Part shown: positions 29,136 through 39,035 of the stretch, piece by piece
How the letters are laid out: the number at the start of each line of letters is the position of its first letter
Numbering within the stretch: the first letter of the stretch is position 1
Source: Candidatus Saccharimonadales bacterium
Lineage (GTDB): Bacteria > Patescibacteriota > Saccharimonadia > Saccharimonadales > EFPC-124
Length of the DNA: 64,000 bases
Assembly (NCBI GenBank): GCA_035457345.1
Contig: DATIBT010000033.1
Span: 2,390 to 66,389, forward strand
Direction of reading: 5' to 3'
Program-made: the position numbers and the translations under genes
The notes under the pieces: generated by a model
What the model saw: the letters and a program-made list of their open reading frames with translations, nothing else
What the model was told of the DNA's origin: nothing
Database searches by the model: none

Positions 29136-29268
29136 ATCTTTTCCCCCATCGTCATTATTGCGCTTATGTAGCGTGAGGGTCAATATGTTTACGCTATATG
29201 TTGTGTATTAGACGATGCGGAACAGAGGTTGCGAGCTTACCGATGAAGTGCCATAATGGGTTTTGCAT

Positions 29269-29345
29269 CGGAGATTAGCGCAGCCTGGTAGCGCGCCGCG
29301 TTCGGGACGCGGAGGTCGTGGGTTCAAATCCCGCATCTCCGACCA
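29269..29345 (+). tRNA. tRNA-Pro(CGG)
   Basis: CGGAGAT...ATCTCCG-ACCA; anticodon loop TTCGGGA. Confidence 0.96.
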
Positions 29346-29614
29346 TGATGTTATCCACAAAAAAGTTGCATGGTACCGTTCGGTATACCATAAGAATAGC
29401 CGGGGTGCTATGTGAAAAATTTATCATTCCACCCCTGTAGAACAAATCAAATTGAAGCCACAAAGAACCAATTTTACAAGATTGTTAAGTTAATGTAGTT
29501 TAGCATATACTGCGTGAGGCTCAATAATTTTGGTCTATGCAAGCCATGTATAGGCTTAGTTTTTGCTGCCAAAAAACTGTTTCTTCGTACCCAGCAATGG
29601 GGAAGGGAGTGAGC

Positions 29615-30160
29615 ATGCGGAACATGCTCAACAGGCTCAAGGGACGTACCGCGCTGCTGATCGCCGGTGCGGCCACCGCGGCGGCAATCGTCGGCGTGTC
29701 GGGCGGGGCGGCCTACGCGGTCATCACCGGCGCCACGTCCGGAACGGCCGTGCAGCATTCAATCGCCCGCAACGACACCGCGCTGCTGGTGCCCGGAGCA
29801 GCCAACACCTGGCAGACCGTCAGCGGCATGGTGCGGACCGTCTCGGTGCCGTCCGGCCAGCGGCGGCTGTTCATCGCCACGTACACCGCGGAGTCGCAGT
29901 GCACGGGCGGCAGCTGGTGCTCGGTGCGCATCGTGGTGCGCAACAACGCCACCGGCGCCGTGAGCGAGCTGTTGCCGGCCTCGGGCACGGACTACGCCTT
30001 CGACGCCCCGTCGACGGATCTGTGGGAAGGCCACGCCCGCACCCAGAGCACCAACTACCTGCCGGCGGGCAGCTACACCTTCTCCGTGCAGGCCAACCGG
30101 GTCGGCGGCAGCACGTTCCGCCTCGACGACATGCATTTCGAGGTCGTCGCGACCACCTGA
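29615..30160 (+). CDS. GC-rich secreted beta-sandwich protein, actinobacterial-like
   Basis: GGGAG RBS; long Arg/Ala-rich signal peptide ending AAYA; 44/60 G+C in line 29821. Confidence 0.8.
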   Translation: MRNMLNRLKGRTALLIAGAATAAAIVGVSGGAAYAVITGATSGTAVQHSIARNDTALLVPGAANTWQTVSGMVRTVSVPSGQRRLFIATYTAESQCTGGSWCSVRIVVRNNATGAVSELLPASGTDYAFDAPSTDLWEGHARTQSTNYLPAGSYTFSVQANRVGGSTFRLDDMHFEVVATT

Positions 30161-30182
30161 CCCGCGGAGCAACAGTTGAAAG

Positions 30183-30214
30183 CCTCGGCCGCCCACCACG
30201 CGGGCGGCCGAGGC
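30183..30214 (+). terminator. GC-rich hairpin without U-tract
   Basis: GCCTCGGCCGCCC-accacgc-GGGCGGCCGAGGC. Confidence 0.7.
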
Positions 30215-30294
30215 CCCAACTATCCCCTGGCAGCCAGGTATTTATGAGCAGTCCTCTTACGTTTACGCCGATTAAGCTTTACAATAGTGACATT

Positions 30295-31623
30295 ATGCTT
30301 ATGTTTATTAAGCGCCTGTGGCACGACGCCGTACAGGGTGGCATTAAAGACAATGCCAGTGGCCCTCAGCGTGAGCTTGTCTATTTTATTAATGTGTATT
30401 CGTGGCTGGCTTTCTTGTCGTTGAGTGGTTTTGGCGTTCTGCACATTATCTCCGAAGGAAATCCGCAGTTAGGAAATCTTGAACTTCTTTGCGCCGCCGT
30501 TATCGTGTTGAATATGCTGGCACTGCGAGCCACCTACAACATTGCCATTGCTAGGTTTGGCCTCCTTGCCACTGTATTAACGGCACTCATTATTATGCTT
30601 ATGACCGGGGGCATGCAGAACACTGGCATTTTTTGGCTCTATGTATTCCCTGTCCTTGCATTCTTTTTGGCCGGGCGCCAAGGGGGTATTGCGTGGATGG
30701 CTGTGCTGTACGCAGCCATTTTCTTATTGTTCGCGCTTGAGAGGTACGAGTGGGTGGACATTCCGTATGCCCCTATTGTCTTGCGTCAGGCACTGATAAG
30801 CCTATTTGTGGTAACGATTGGCGTAGCCGTATATCAGCGCTCGCGCGATAAATATCAGAAAGAGGAGCAGGAAATTGATCAAGCTAAGAGCCAATTTGTG
30901 ACGCTGGCTTCGCACCAGCTCCGGACGCCCATTGCTGCGGTGAACTGGTTTGCAGAAATGCTCCTGAATGGCGATGCTGGCAAGCTCAACAAAGAGCAGC
31001 ACGATTACACGCGGCAGCTATACGCCAGCAACCGCCGGTTGTCTGGCATGGTAGATGTTATGCTACTTGTTTCCAGCCTGGAGCTCAATGAGTTGCGTAT
31101 TCGTTTGGAACCTACGGATATGGCGGCGTTGAGCCATCGGTCGTTAGAAGCGCAAATCCAAAAAGAGGGTAAGCACGACCTTCATATTGAAGAGCGGTAT
31201 GAAGATGGCTTGCCACGCATACGCGTAGACGCGCATGTCATGGGTATTATTATGCAGAATCTATTCTCGAACGCCCTTAAATATACTCCCAAAGGAGGCG
31301 CCGTAACAGTAACGATCAAGCGCAGCCCAGAGAAATTGACGATTGGCAGCAAGGGAAGCATAGAGATTGCGATAACAGATACAGGATACGGCATTCCTAC
31401 CTCACAACGGGACAAAGTGTTTGGCAAACTCTTCCGGGCAGATAATATAAAAATCAAAGACACTGACGGCACTGGCTTGGGGCTATATAGTGTGCGTGCC
31501 CTTTTATCGCAGGTGGGCGGCCGCATATGGTTTGAGTCCCAGGAAGACAAGGGCACGACGTTTTTTGTCCTTTTGCCTATTGAGGGTATGAAAAAACAAC
31601 ATGATTCCGAGGGAAAAAGGTGA
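30295..31623 (+). CDS. Sensor histidine kinase with multi-TM N-terminus
   Basis: About 6 TMs; H-box SHQLRTP, NALKYT, DTGYGIP and GTGLGL; TACAAT lies 9 nt before the ATG. Confidence 0.92.
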   Translation: MLMFIKRLWHDAVQGGIKDNASGPQRELVYFINVYSWLAFLSLSGFGVLHIISEGNPQLGNLELLCAAVIVLNMLALRATYNIAIARFGLLATVLTALIIMLMTGGMQNTGIFWLYVFPVLAFFLAGRQGGIAWMAVLYAAIFLLFALERYEWVDIPYAPIVLRQALISLFVVTIGVAVYQRSRDKYQKEEQEIDQAKSQFVTLASHQLRTPIAAVNWFAEMLLNGDAGKLNKEQHDYTRQLYASNRRLSGMVDVMLLVSSLELNELRIRLEPTDMAALSHRSLEAQIQKEGKHDLHIEERYEDGLPRIRVDAHVMGIIMQNLFSNALKYTPKGGAVTVTIKRSPEKLTIGSKGSIEIAITDTGYGIPTSQRDKVFGKLFRADNIKIKDTDGTGLGLYSVRALLSQVGGRIWFESQEDKGTTFFVLLPIEGMKKQHDSEGKR

Positions 31624-33524
31624 TGCATAAAGGTCTTTCATTACGGGTAAAACTTAGCTTGGCGTTTCTGTCGCTGGCCGTGCTAGTAGGCGCGGTGGGT
31701 GCGTTGCAAATTCAAACGCTCGAGCGCATAAGGACATTATTTGAAGACGTTATCACTGTTGATATTGGACGGCTAAACAAGATGCAGCTGGCTCACCAAC
31801 ACCTATTAGAGATGGAAGAAGAGCTTCTTCAGCATCAAATCGAAGGCACGGTGCCAGAGCACGGTGACGAAAAAGACGGTATTACCCACCAGGCCGAGGC
31901 AATCAAGAAAGAAATTAAAGAATATGCAGATTCCCCCCGGAATGGTGCGCCACTTGCACTAGATGTGGCGGCTACGAACGACACTATTGATAGGCTTGCC
32001 GCGCTTGCTCTCAGTTCAATTACGGCGACACACCATAACAACAAGGCACAAGCGCTCGCGGCCTTTGGTGAGTTCACTACGCTCCAAAGTCAGCTAGAAG
32101 GCGACATGGGACGAATCATTGCATCCGAGCGCGAGAGCATCTTAGGCGGCAGTGAGGAAGTAGTGGCAAGGATAAATGGGTTGGTCGCGACCGACATGCC
32201 CGTTGTGGGACTCATTATTGCGATAGCCGTGATCCTGGGGCTGTTGGTTGCCTCGCGTCTGACCAAGGCGCTCGCATTAGTCAGAAGAGGCGCTCAAGAC
32301 CTCGCCAATGGCAACTTGGCTAAGCGTGTCGAGGTGCGGTCCGGCGACGAGATCGGACAACTAGCCATGGCGTTCAACCAAATGGCTGATCGTTTGAGCG
32401 ATTCATACAGTCGCATCGCCCTGGAGGGTAAACGGGATGAAACTATTCTAGAGAGTTTAGGCGAAGGGCTTATTGCTCTCGATACTGACGCCCAGGTGGT
32501 GCTTATCAACTCTAAAGCGCTAGAGTTATTTGAGCTTTCAAGTCGCAACGGGGTTGTTGGCAAGAAGATTGCGAGCGCTGTGACCATCTATGGTGAGCAC
32601 GATGTTGTCTTGGAGCCCGAACAACACCCCGCCTTTGCTGTCCTGCAAACAGCTAAGCAGATTAACGAAAGCTACAGTTTTGTCCGTAAAGACGGGAAGA
32701 AAATTCTCATTAATATTATCGCCAGCCCGGTCCTGCTGGACGGAAAAGTTACCGGCGCAATTTTTGTTATCCGTGACGTCACCAAAGAGAAAGAGGTGGA
32801 CCGCATGAAGACCGAGTTTATCTCGCTCGCCTCCCACCAATTACGCACTCCCTTATCTGCCATTAAGTGGTTTACTGAGATGCTGGTGTCTGGCGATGCT
32901 GGAAAGCTTAATGCGGAGCAGTTGGATTTCGCTAAGAATGTAGCTGATTCTACAGAGCGCATGATTGAACTCGTTAATTCGTTGCTTAATATCTCCCGTA
33001 TTGAATCAGGACGCATTATTGTGGATCCTAAGCCAACCGACCTAAACGTTTTGGTGGGCGGCATTGTGAATGATCTTAAGGCTAAGACCGCTGAGCGGGA
33101 GCAGACACTCGTAGTCAGCATTCATAAGGATCTGCCTAAGATTAACCTTGACCCGCGATTAATCGGGCAGGTGTACATGAACTTTTTAACCAACGCCATA
33201 AAATACACGCCAAAGGGTGGTGAAATTACGGTGTTTGTCTCGCGCAAAGATGATGAGCTGGTGTCGCAGATATCTGACAACGGCTACGGTATCCCTAAGG
33301 CGCAGCAGGATAAATTATTCCAGAAGTTCTTTAGGGCCGACAATGTGTCGAAGGTGGAAACGGATGGCACCGGCCTTGGCTTGTACTTGGTGAAAGCAAT
33401 TATTGAATCGTCGGGCGGGCGTGTGTGGTTTAAGAGCGAAGAAAATAAAGGCACAACTTTTTGGTTTAGCTTGCCTATGAGCGGTATGAAAGCAAAGGAA
33501 GGGGAGGTTACGCTAGATGTCTAG
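31623..33524 (+). CDS. Sensor histidine kinase (extracellular helical sensor, HAMP, PAS, HisKA, HATPase)
   Basis: DEIGQLAMAFNQM HAMP; PAS ending IRDVT; SHQLRTP, NAIKYT and GTGLGL. Confidence 0.95.
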   Translation: MHKGLSLRVKLSLAFLSLAVLVGAVGALQIQTLERIRTLFEDVITVDIGRLNKMQLAHQHLLEMEEELLQHQIEGTVPEHGDEKDGITHQAEAIKKEIKEYADSPRNGAPLALDVAATNDTIDRLAALALSSITATHHNNKAQALAAFGEFTTLQSQLEGDMGRIIASERESILGGSEEVVARINGLVATDMPVVGLIIAIAVILGLLVASRLTKALALVRRGAQDLANGNLAKRVEVRSGDEIGQLAMAFNQMADRLSDSYSRIALEGKRDETILESLGEGLIALDTDAQVVLINSKALELFELSSRNGVVGKKIASAVTIYGEHDVVLEPEQHPAFAVLQTAKQINESYSFVRKDGKKILINIIASPVLLDGKVTGAIFVIRDVTKEKEVDRMKTEFISLASHQLRTPLSAIKWFTEMLVSGDAGKLNAEQLDFAKNVADSTERMIELVNSLLNISRIESGRIIVDPKPTDLNVLVGGIVNDLKAKTAEREQTLVVSIHKDLPKINLDPRLIGQVYMNFLTNAIKYTPKGGEITVFVSRKDDELVSQISDNGYGIPKAQQDKLFQKFFRADNVSKVETDGTGLGLYLVKAIIESSGGRVWFKSEENKGTTFWFSLPMSGMKAKEGEVTLDV

Positions 33525-33536
33525 GAGAATATCACA

Positions 33537-34298
33537 ATGAAACGGGCACGCTCGTTAGTACTATTTATACTACTGTTCAGCCTTATCTTGCCGGGGCTTA
33601 TGTGGTTTATGCCAGCCCCAGAAGTAAGCCGGTTTGGCCCCGATGGTTTTAAATTCCAGGCGGCTATAACAATGCTGCTTGCCTGGCTTCATGTAGGAGC
33701 GGCAATTTTGTTTGTGGCTGGGCTGGATGGATTTAAGGCAACGCTCAAGCGGGCGTACTTTGCTATATGTTTGGGATTGGTTGTAACGGCCGTTGCGGTT
33801 GCGCAGTTGCCATTGATCGCCATATTCAATTTATGGAATTCACCGTGGGCACTTAAAGGAGGCTTAACGCTGCCGATGATCGGTACGTTGTTGATATATG
33901 CTGGTGTTTACACGTTTGCAAGGGCGCTACAAATACGGCACGTGCCTACCTCGCCTTGGGTGGTGGTGCCGCTGTTTGTTGTAGCGGCAGGGGCGGTTGG
34001 CCTGGCCATGGACCCCTCTTTCGATCTCACTACTGCCGGCTACATAACAGGTCTTATACTGGGCACAGCAATAGTGTGGCTTACCTTCCGCATTAAGCAG
34101 ACGGCTGGGCCAGCCTACACAAATGCTCTTGCATGGTTTATGCTTCCGCCCCTGTTGAATACGTGCGGCGTGGGGCTGCTTATTATCTGGGCTCTAGCCA
34201 GAGAAGAGGCGCCTTGGTACGCAGCCATTCCTTTTGCATTTGTGGGCGCCTTGTATGTGAAGGCAGGGTACGCATTTAATAAGATTAAGGAGTATTAG
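33537..34298 (+). CDS. Multi-TM (about 7-8) membrane protein, paralogue of 34651..35451
   Basis: Shares GL.GFK..LK.AY...C.G, IK..T...YTN.LAW and LY...GYAF with the downstream paralogue. Confidence 0.8.
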   Translation: MKRARSLVLFILLFSLILPGLMWFMPAPEVSRFGPDGFKFQAAITMLLAWLHVGAAILFVAGLDGFKATLKRAYFAICLGLVVTAVAVAQLPLIAIFNLWNSPWALKGGLTLPMIGTLLIYAGVYTFARALQIRHVPTSPWVVVPLFVVAAGAVGLAMDPSFDLTTAGYITGLILGTAIVWLTFRIKQTAGPAYTNALAWFMLPPLLNTCGVGLLIIWALAREEAPWYAAIPFAFVGALYVKAGYAFNKIKEY

Positions 34299-34300
34299 GC

Positions 34301-34654
34301 ATGTCGTGGCTATCATCGTTCTTTGGCACCTCAGAAACTCGCCCCTCGACAAGTCCAGAAGGGGCGACGGCGGTAGATGTCATTACCTACCTTGCTTCGT
34401 TGGCTTCTAACCCTCGCGAGATTGACCCTATTCTAGACCGGCTTCGTGAAGTCACTGTCCGGCAAGGAAAAAATACCACATTAACAGAGGCTGATCAGGC
34501 CGCGCTGGCTGAAGTATTTCAGCAGCTCTTGCGCTATTTGGTAGAGCGGGAGCCGCTGCGTGCTTTTACTCGCGAGGAAATTTTAGCGAAGGTCCATGGG
34601 CAATTTAAACCTGCCCCAACCGAAACTGTATTTTGGGGAAAGGCGGGGTTATGA
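34301..34654 (+). CDS. Small soluble helical protein in the signalling operon
   Basis: 117 aa; AGGAG upstream; tight spacing to both neighbours. Confidence 0.75.
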   Translation: MSWLSSFFGTSETRPSTSPEGATAVDVITYLASLASNPREIDPILDRLREVTVRQGKNTTLTEADQAALAEVFQQLLRYLVEREPLRAFTREEILAKVHGQFKPAPTETVFWGKAGL

Positions 34655-35451
34655 AAAGAATCGACCGATTATTATGGGCAATGGTAGCGATAGTGTTCGG
34701 GCTGTCATTGCTATCCCTGCTCATTCCTCAACCGTCAAGCAGCGTTGTAGACGTGCTTGCGTTCCACTTTGATTTGGCGCTGATACTCTTTGGCGCTGGC
34801 CTTTTTGTCCCGGCAGTTGTGCTGTTTGTGCGTGGCCTGCGCGGTTTTAAGCCAACGTTTAAAGTGGCTTATTTGTTACTGTGCGCCGGCGTGTTATGTA
34901 TTGGGCTGGGCGTAGTGATTTTGCCGCTGATAACTATTTTTGATCCTACCGAATCGTGGCGCAACAACCCCATAGTGGTAGTACTGCCCTTTATTGTCTC
35001 GGGCGCCTTGATTTATGCCGGCATGCTTTTATATGCTCGGCTTTTACAGGTGGCCAGTATTTGGTCTAAGCCGTGGTTTGTGCTGGCATTCATTCTGGGT
35101 GGCCTGGCCATTACCATTTTTTTGCCGCACGCAGACGTACCGGATGAAACCGCACTCGATGTATTAAATGCCATGGTAATGTGGGTAGGACTCTTTATTT
35201 TTGCGGCAGCCATGCTCATTATGGCTATTAAGCGCCAAACAAGTAGCATTTATACGAATAGTCTGGCTTGGCTGTTTTTTGCCTTAATAAGCAGTGTGCT
35301 TACGCCAGTGCTAACCGTGTTGTTTGGGCTGTTTGCATACGATGCATGGCTCAGCGATGCATTAGTGGATTTTTGTGTATTTATTTCGGGAGTGCTATAT
35401 ATGCGTTCTGGCTATGCATTCGTGCAGATTACGGCCCCAGATATTAACTAA
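34651..35451 (+). CDS. Multi-TM membrane protein, paralogue of 33537..34298
   Basis: ATGA overlap with the previous gene; shared paralogue motifs. Confidence 0.8.
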   Translation: MKRIDRLLWAMVAIVFGLSLLSLLIPQPSSSVVDVLAFHFDLALILFGAGLFVPAVVLFVRGLRGFKPTFKVAYLLLCAGVLCIGLGVVILPLITIFDPTESWRNNPIVVVLPFIVSGALIYAGMLLYARLLQVASIWSKPWFVLAFILGGLAITIFLPHADVPDETALDVLNAMVMWVGLFIFAAAMLIMAIKRQTSSIYTNSLAWLFFALISSVLTPVLTVLFGLFAYDAWLSDALVDFCVFISGVLYMRSGYAFVQITAPDIN

Positions 35452-35470
35452 GTTATGCTAAAGTAAAGGT

Positions 35471-35884
35471 ATGTCGAGAGAAAACCCAACCATTATGGTG
35501 GTGGAAGATGAGACTCTTCTGCTGCAAGCAATTACTAAAAAACTCAAATTATCCGGGCTTGACGTTGTCTCGTGCGCCAGTGGGCAGCAAGCGGTTGACT
35601 ACCTGAGTAACCTTGATGAACTCCCCGATGCCGTCTGGCTCGATTATTACCTGAAGGATATGAACGGGCTGGCATTCATGCAGACCCTCAAAGAGAATGC
35701 TAAATGGTCAGATATTCCAGTGATTGTGGTTAGCAACTCGGCTAGTCCGGAGAAGGTGCATAACATGCTGGGATTGGGCGCAAAGAAGTACATACTAAAG
35801 GCTGAATATCGTTTAGATGAAATTATCGAAATGATCCGCGACTTTATTAGGGACGGTAGCGACAGCAAGGAGGCAAAGAAGTAA
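35471..35884 (+). CDS. Single-domain response regulator
   Basis: VVEDE, WLDYY (phospho-Asp), VVSN and YILK; no output domain. Confidence 0.92.
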   Translation: MSRENPTIMVVEDETLLLQAITKKLKLSGLDVVSCASGQQAVDYLSNLDELPDAVWLDYYLKDMNGLAFMQTLKENAKWSDIPVIVVSNSASPEKVHNMLGLGAKKYILKAEYRLDEIIEMIRDFIRDGSDSKEAKK

Positions 35885-36255
35885 TGGGCAAGGTATTGGT
35901 TATTGAGGATGACAAGTTTTTGGCAAGCGCGTACCGCGCCAAATTGACCAAGAGCGGGTTTGAAGTACAACTGGCTGGAGACGGCGAAGAAGGAATACAA
36001 ATGCTTGGCAGCTTCACGCCTGATATTATTTTGCTCGACCTTGTCATGCCTCGTAAGGACGGCTTTGCCACCCTCCCCGAAATCCGTAAGATTTTGAAAG
36101 ATGTGCCGGTAATTGTTACGTCTAATCTAGGGCAAAAAGAAGACCTCGATAAAGCCATGGCGCTTGGTGCTACTGACTACCTTATTAAGAGTGATCTTTC
36201 CATGGTTGCATTGATCAACAAAATAAACGACACCATAAAGCCCAGCTCTAGTTAA
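35884..36255 (+). CDS. Single-domain response regulator
   Basis: VIEDD, LLDLVMP, VTSN and YLIK; no output domain. Confidence 0.93.
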   Translation: MGKVLVIEDDKFLASAYRAKLTKSGFEVQLAGDGEEGIQMLGSFTPDIILLDLVMPRKDGFATLPEIRKILKDVPVIVTSNLGQKEDLDKAMALGATDYLIKSDLSMVALINKINDTIKPSSS

Positions 36256-36276
36256 GCTGGATAGGGAATACGCGGC

Positions 36277-37998
36277 ATGGTGGGCACCTACGCTGGTATA
36301 GATGACAAAAAGCTATACGATATTCTGAGCGAGCTTAATTATGTGCCCGAGGAAGAGCTCAAGCGAGCCCAGGCAATTGCAAGCGCTGAGAGTATCTCTT
36401 TATACGATGCCCTGCTAAAAAGTGACATTATATCCGACGAAAACCTAGGCAAGCTCATTGCCTATTCTTTGCAGTTACCGTTTACGTCGTTAGCACAAGC
36501 AAGCATTCCAGAAGACATACTTCACATTACCCCTCAGGCGGTGGCTGCGCAGTTTCATGTGCTCACATATGGCATGGACGAAGAGAAGGGTTTAAAGATT
36601 GCCGCCTCAAACCATTTGCAGACAGATGTATTTGACATGCTGGCTAAGAAAGCTGGCGTTAAGAACTACCGTGTCTTTTTTGCTACTGACCGAGATATAC
36701 AAGACGCCCTTCGATTGTACAAAAAAGAGTTAGGCCTGGCGTTTGAAAGTCTGCTTGCTTCTAAGACGGGGGACGTCCAGGTTGAAGTGCCGGTTGCGAA
36801 GATTGTGGATACGGTCATTGACTATGCTTATATTAACAAAGCTTCCGACGTGCATATTGAACCAACGCGCGGTGTGACCTTGGTGCGTTTTAGGATAGAC
36901 GGTATTTTGCATGACATGGTGCGTCTCCCTCATGCCACACATGGTCAGCTGGTAGCCCGTATTAAGGTGTTGGCACGCCTCCGTACAGATGAGCACTTTA
37001 GTGCCCAGGATGGCCGCATGCGAATGAGCGTGGAGCAAGAAGACCTCGACGTCCGCGTATCGATTGTGCCCACAGTAACGGGCGAGAAGGTGGTGCTTAG
37101 GTTGCTTTCCAGCCACAACAGGCAGTTTAGCTTAACGGATTTAGGCATGGGCGAAGCCGATCTTAAAAAGATCCGCGCCGGATTTATGCGTCCATTTGGC
37201 ATGGTTATGTCTACCGGGCCAACAGGATCGGGTAAGACCACCAGTATGTACGCTATCTTAAAGATCTTAAACACGCGCGAAAAAAATATTGCCACCATTG
37301 AAGATCCAGTTGAATACGAAATTGACGGTATTAACCAGATTCAGGCAAACCCCAAAACCAATCTGACATTTGCGAACGGCTTACGGTCGCTGCTTCGCCA
37401 AGACCCTGACATTATGTACGTTGGTGAAATCCGCGACGAAGAGACCGCCGACATTGCCATTAATTCTGCCATGACCGGCCACCTCGTGCTATCTACCCTC
37501 CACACAAACAATGCAGCCACGACGCTGCCACGGTTGATGGACATGAAGATTGAGCCGTTCTTGGTCGCAAGCACGGTGAACGTTATTATTGGCCAGCGTT
37601 TGGTGCGCAAAATCTGCGATCGCTGCCGGGTGAGTTTTGAGCTTAAAAAGACAGAGCATGGCTGGCACGGTGAAGAAGAGGCAACGGCAACGCAGCTCTC
37701 CCACATAGACCCTAAGCAACTGTCCCGGCACTTTGGCGACGGGTCGAGTGTGCGATTGTATAAAGGCAAGGGGTGTAATGTGTGCCACGAAACAGGCTAC
37801 CGGGGCCGCGTGGGAATCTTTGAAGTGCTAGAGGTGTCGCCAAAAATTGAGGCGCTTATTACCCAAAAGGCAGATGCCGATGCCATCTTACAGCAAGCAA
37901 TAAGCGAAGGTATGACGACCATGATGGACGACGGCTTAGATAAGGTGCAACAAGGCATTACGACCGTCGGTGAGATAATGAGGGCGACCCGGGCATGA
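36277..37998 (+). CDS. pilB: Second PilB/GspE-family ATPase
   Basis: ASDVHIEP, GPTGSGKTT, LRQDPD, GHLVLSTLHTN and two CxxC pairs. Confidence 0.92.
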   Translation: MVGTYAGIDDKKLYDILSELNYVPEEELKRAQAIASAESISLYDALLKSDIISDENLGKLIAYSLQLPFTSLAQASIPEDILHITPQAVAAQFHVLTYGMDEEKGLKIAASNHLQTDVFDMLAKKAGVKNYRVFFATDRDIQDALRLYKKELGLAFESLLASKTGDVQVEVPVAKIVDTVIDYAYINKASDVHIEPTRGVTLVRFRIDGILHDMVRLPHATHGQLVARIKVLARLRTDEHFSAQDGRMRMSVEQEDLDVRVSIVPTVTGEKVVLRLLSSHNRQFSLTDLGMGEADLKKIRAGFMRPFGMVMSTGPTGSGKTTSMYAILKILNTREKNIATIEDPVEYEIDGINQIQANPKTNLTFANGLRSLLRQDPDIMYVGEIRDEETADIAINSAMTGHLVLSTLHTNNAATTLPRLMDMKIEPFLVASTVNVIIGQRLVRKICDRCRVSFELKKTEHGWHGEEEATATQLSHIDPKQLSRHFGDGSSVRLYKGKGCNVCHETGYRGRVGIFEVLEVSPKIEALITQKADADAILQQAISEGMTTMMDDGLDKVQQGITTVGEIMRATRA

Positions 37999-39035
37999 GC
38001 ATGAGGCTCTCGCGCAAAGAGAAATTGGCCGTTATATCCAGCCTTGCTACCATGCTTAATTCGGGCATCTCCATTCTGGAAGCCGTCGACACTCTGTTAG
38101 AGGACAATAAGGGGAGCTCACGTCGTCTCTTGTTACTATTCAGAGAGGCATTGAACGACGGCCACATGCTATCGACTGCCATGGAAAAAGCGACTGGCGT
38201 ATTTGACCCGGTAGACATAAACCTCATACGTGCCGCCGAAGAAGCGGGCACGCTCGACGAGGCACTGCACGATCTCACGCAGACCATTAAAAAAGACATG
38301 GCGTTTAGCGACAAAATTCGCGGCAGCCTTTTGTATCCAGTCTTTATTATGGTCATTTTTTTTGGTGTGTTGATTATGATATTGACCTTTGTGGTGCCCC
38401 GCATGTCAAAGGTCTTCTCTAGCCTCAGGGTTGACCTGCCTGCGCCGACTAAGTTTCTGATTGAGCTGTCCAATTTTATCTTAGCGAATTGGATATATCT
38501 GGTGGTTGTGGCGGTGGTGGCCGCGGTATTGTTGGTGCTATTTTATAAAACACAGAAGAAGCTGCTTTTTAACGCGCTGTCGCGTTTGCCACTATTTAAC
38601 ACATTGGCACAGCATATTGATTTCACCCGGTTCACTCGCAGTATGGCATTACTGCTGCGGGCGGGCGTGCCGGTCGCAGAGGCGCTCGATTTATCCCAAA
38701 AAGTTGTCATACGGCACGACGTAAGTCACGCCATTGCCCGTATGAAACAAGGGGTGAACACTGGCCACCCTATGTCCGAGGGGCTGAAGGCATCGCATAT
38801 TGCACCCTCGATCATGGTGCACATTTTACAGACCGCCGAACACAGTGGCACACTCGAAAAGACCATGCAGGAGCTTTCCGAGTATTTTGAAACTCAAGTG
38901 GCGCGCCGCTTAAAGGCAATCACTACGCTTATAGAACCGGTGCTGATTGTAGTGATTGGTGTGTTGGTGGGCGGCATGATGATGGCGGTAATTGCACCAA
39001 TCTATAACATCATAAGCCAAATTGGCTCGAGGTAG
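37995..39035 (+). CDS. pilC: Second PilC/GspF platform protein
   Basis: LATMLNSGISI, AAEEAGTL, LLYP and LIEP motifs. Confidence 0.9.
   Translation: MSMRLSRKEKLAVISSLATMLNSGISILEAVDTLLEDNKGSSRRLLLLFREALNDGHMLSTAMEKATGVFDPVDINLIRAAEEAGTLDEALHDLTQTIKKDMAFSDKIRGSLLYPVFIMVIFFGVLIMILTFVVPRMSKVFSSLRVDLPAPTKFLIELSNFILANWIYLVVVAVVAAVLLVLFYKTQKKLLFNALSRLPLFNTLAQHIDFTRFTRSMALLLRAGVPVAEALDLSQKVVIRHDVSHAIARMKQGVNTGHPMSEGLKASHIAPSIMVHILQTAEHSGTLEKTMQELSEYFETQVARRLKAITTLIEPVLIVVIGVLVGGMMMAVIAPIYNIISQIGSR

Noticed and set aside
29136-29268. Cobalamin riboswitch or hammerhead ribozyme near the DUF4430 gene
   Set aside because: No B12-box was seen, and CCGATGA lacks the matching GAAA core of a hammerhead.
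29563-31623. 686-aa ORF as one long histidine kinase
   Set aside because: The first ~244 codons are an Arg/His-rich shadow frame of the GC-rich gene at 29615 and cross its terminator. The kinase has its own -10 and ATG at 30295.
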